Below, in pieces: positions 63,812-64,000 of a stretch of 64,000 nucleotides of DNA; the stretch's first letter is position 1; every line of letters begins with the position of its first letter. Both the position numbers and the translations under genes were made by a program. The notes under the pieces are model-generated. The model ran no database searches. It was not told the origin of the DNA and saw only the letters and a program-made list of their open reading frames with translations. Origin of the DNA: an uncultured Acidobacteriota bacterium (GTDB lineage: Bacteria; Acidobacteriota; Vicinamibacteria; Vicinamibacterales; CAVVIG01); assembly GCA_963773035.1 (NCBI GenBank), contig CAVYZX010000038.1, forward strand, positions 320,234 through 384,233, given 5' to 3'.

Positions 63812-64000
63812 GAAGCAAAGAAGCCAATCCGTACGAAAGTGTTGAAGCTCGGCGACGCGTTTGTTGTTTGCCGATCGTGAGTCTCTGACGATCGCGTGTT
63901 TCGTTCGAGAAATCACGAAGAATCGGCGCTGGTGCTCCTGCATCGCGTCTCCGGATCCCTTCTTGCTCTTCGACCGGTATGGCCGGTCGCATCGTTCGTT

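Noticed and set aside
1-64000. Genomic island, prophage or integrative element
   Set aside because: No integrase, transposase, phage structural gene, tRNA attachment site or flanking long direct repeats were seen. Only the short leader at 43832-44152 departs in composition.

Overview
GC-rich bacterial chromosomal segment (about 60-65% GC by eye, not computed). The gene content points to Acidobacteriota (inference): an ADOP-type duplicated FtsX permease, a DUF1800/DUF1501 pair, a CRTAC1/ASPIC-UnbV FG-GAP protein, a TolB-propeller Ser/Thr kinase and many Sec/Tat-secreted hypothetical proteins. About 50 protein-coding genes are densely packed on both strands, several with ATGA/GTGA/TGATG start-stop overlaps. 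I found no rRNA, tRNA, CRISPR array, transposase, integrase or phage genes, so there is no evidence for a mobile island.

Well-supported housekeeping calls:
- GlgB
- a GAF-fused alpha-glucan phosphorylase
- a xanthine-dehydrogenase-family Mo subunit
- an amidase and a class-C-like serine hydrolase
- Mug glycosylase and VapBC
- a CAX antiporter and a minimal K+ channel
- an MFS transporter

Modules worth a second look:
1. 44153-48485: an HlyD-like coiled-coil protein, a processive GT2 synthase (QRYRW) and a GH18 hydrolase. This is a candidate chitin-like exopolymer synthesis/export system.
2. 52267-55846: a circularly permuted ATP-grasp / alpha-E / transglutaminase triad, followed by two coupled GT-C-like membrane proteins.
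3. 37343-40472: a FecR / OmpA-lipoprotein / CHASE2-HD-GYP signalling module.
4. A family of intergenic short-period (7-9 nt) repeat arrays and GC-rich palindromes. It includes an identical 28-bp palindrome at two loci and a 20-nt hairpin embedded in two coding regions.
5. A notable load of frameshifted genes. One kinase is heavily decayed. Four or five other genes carry a single indel, some at homopolymers, so assembly error cannot be excluded.

All family assignments come from motif recognition by eye; no database search was run.
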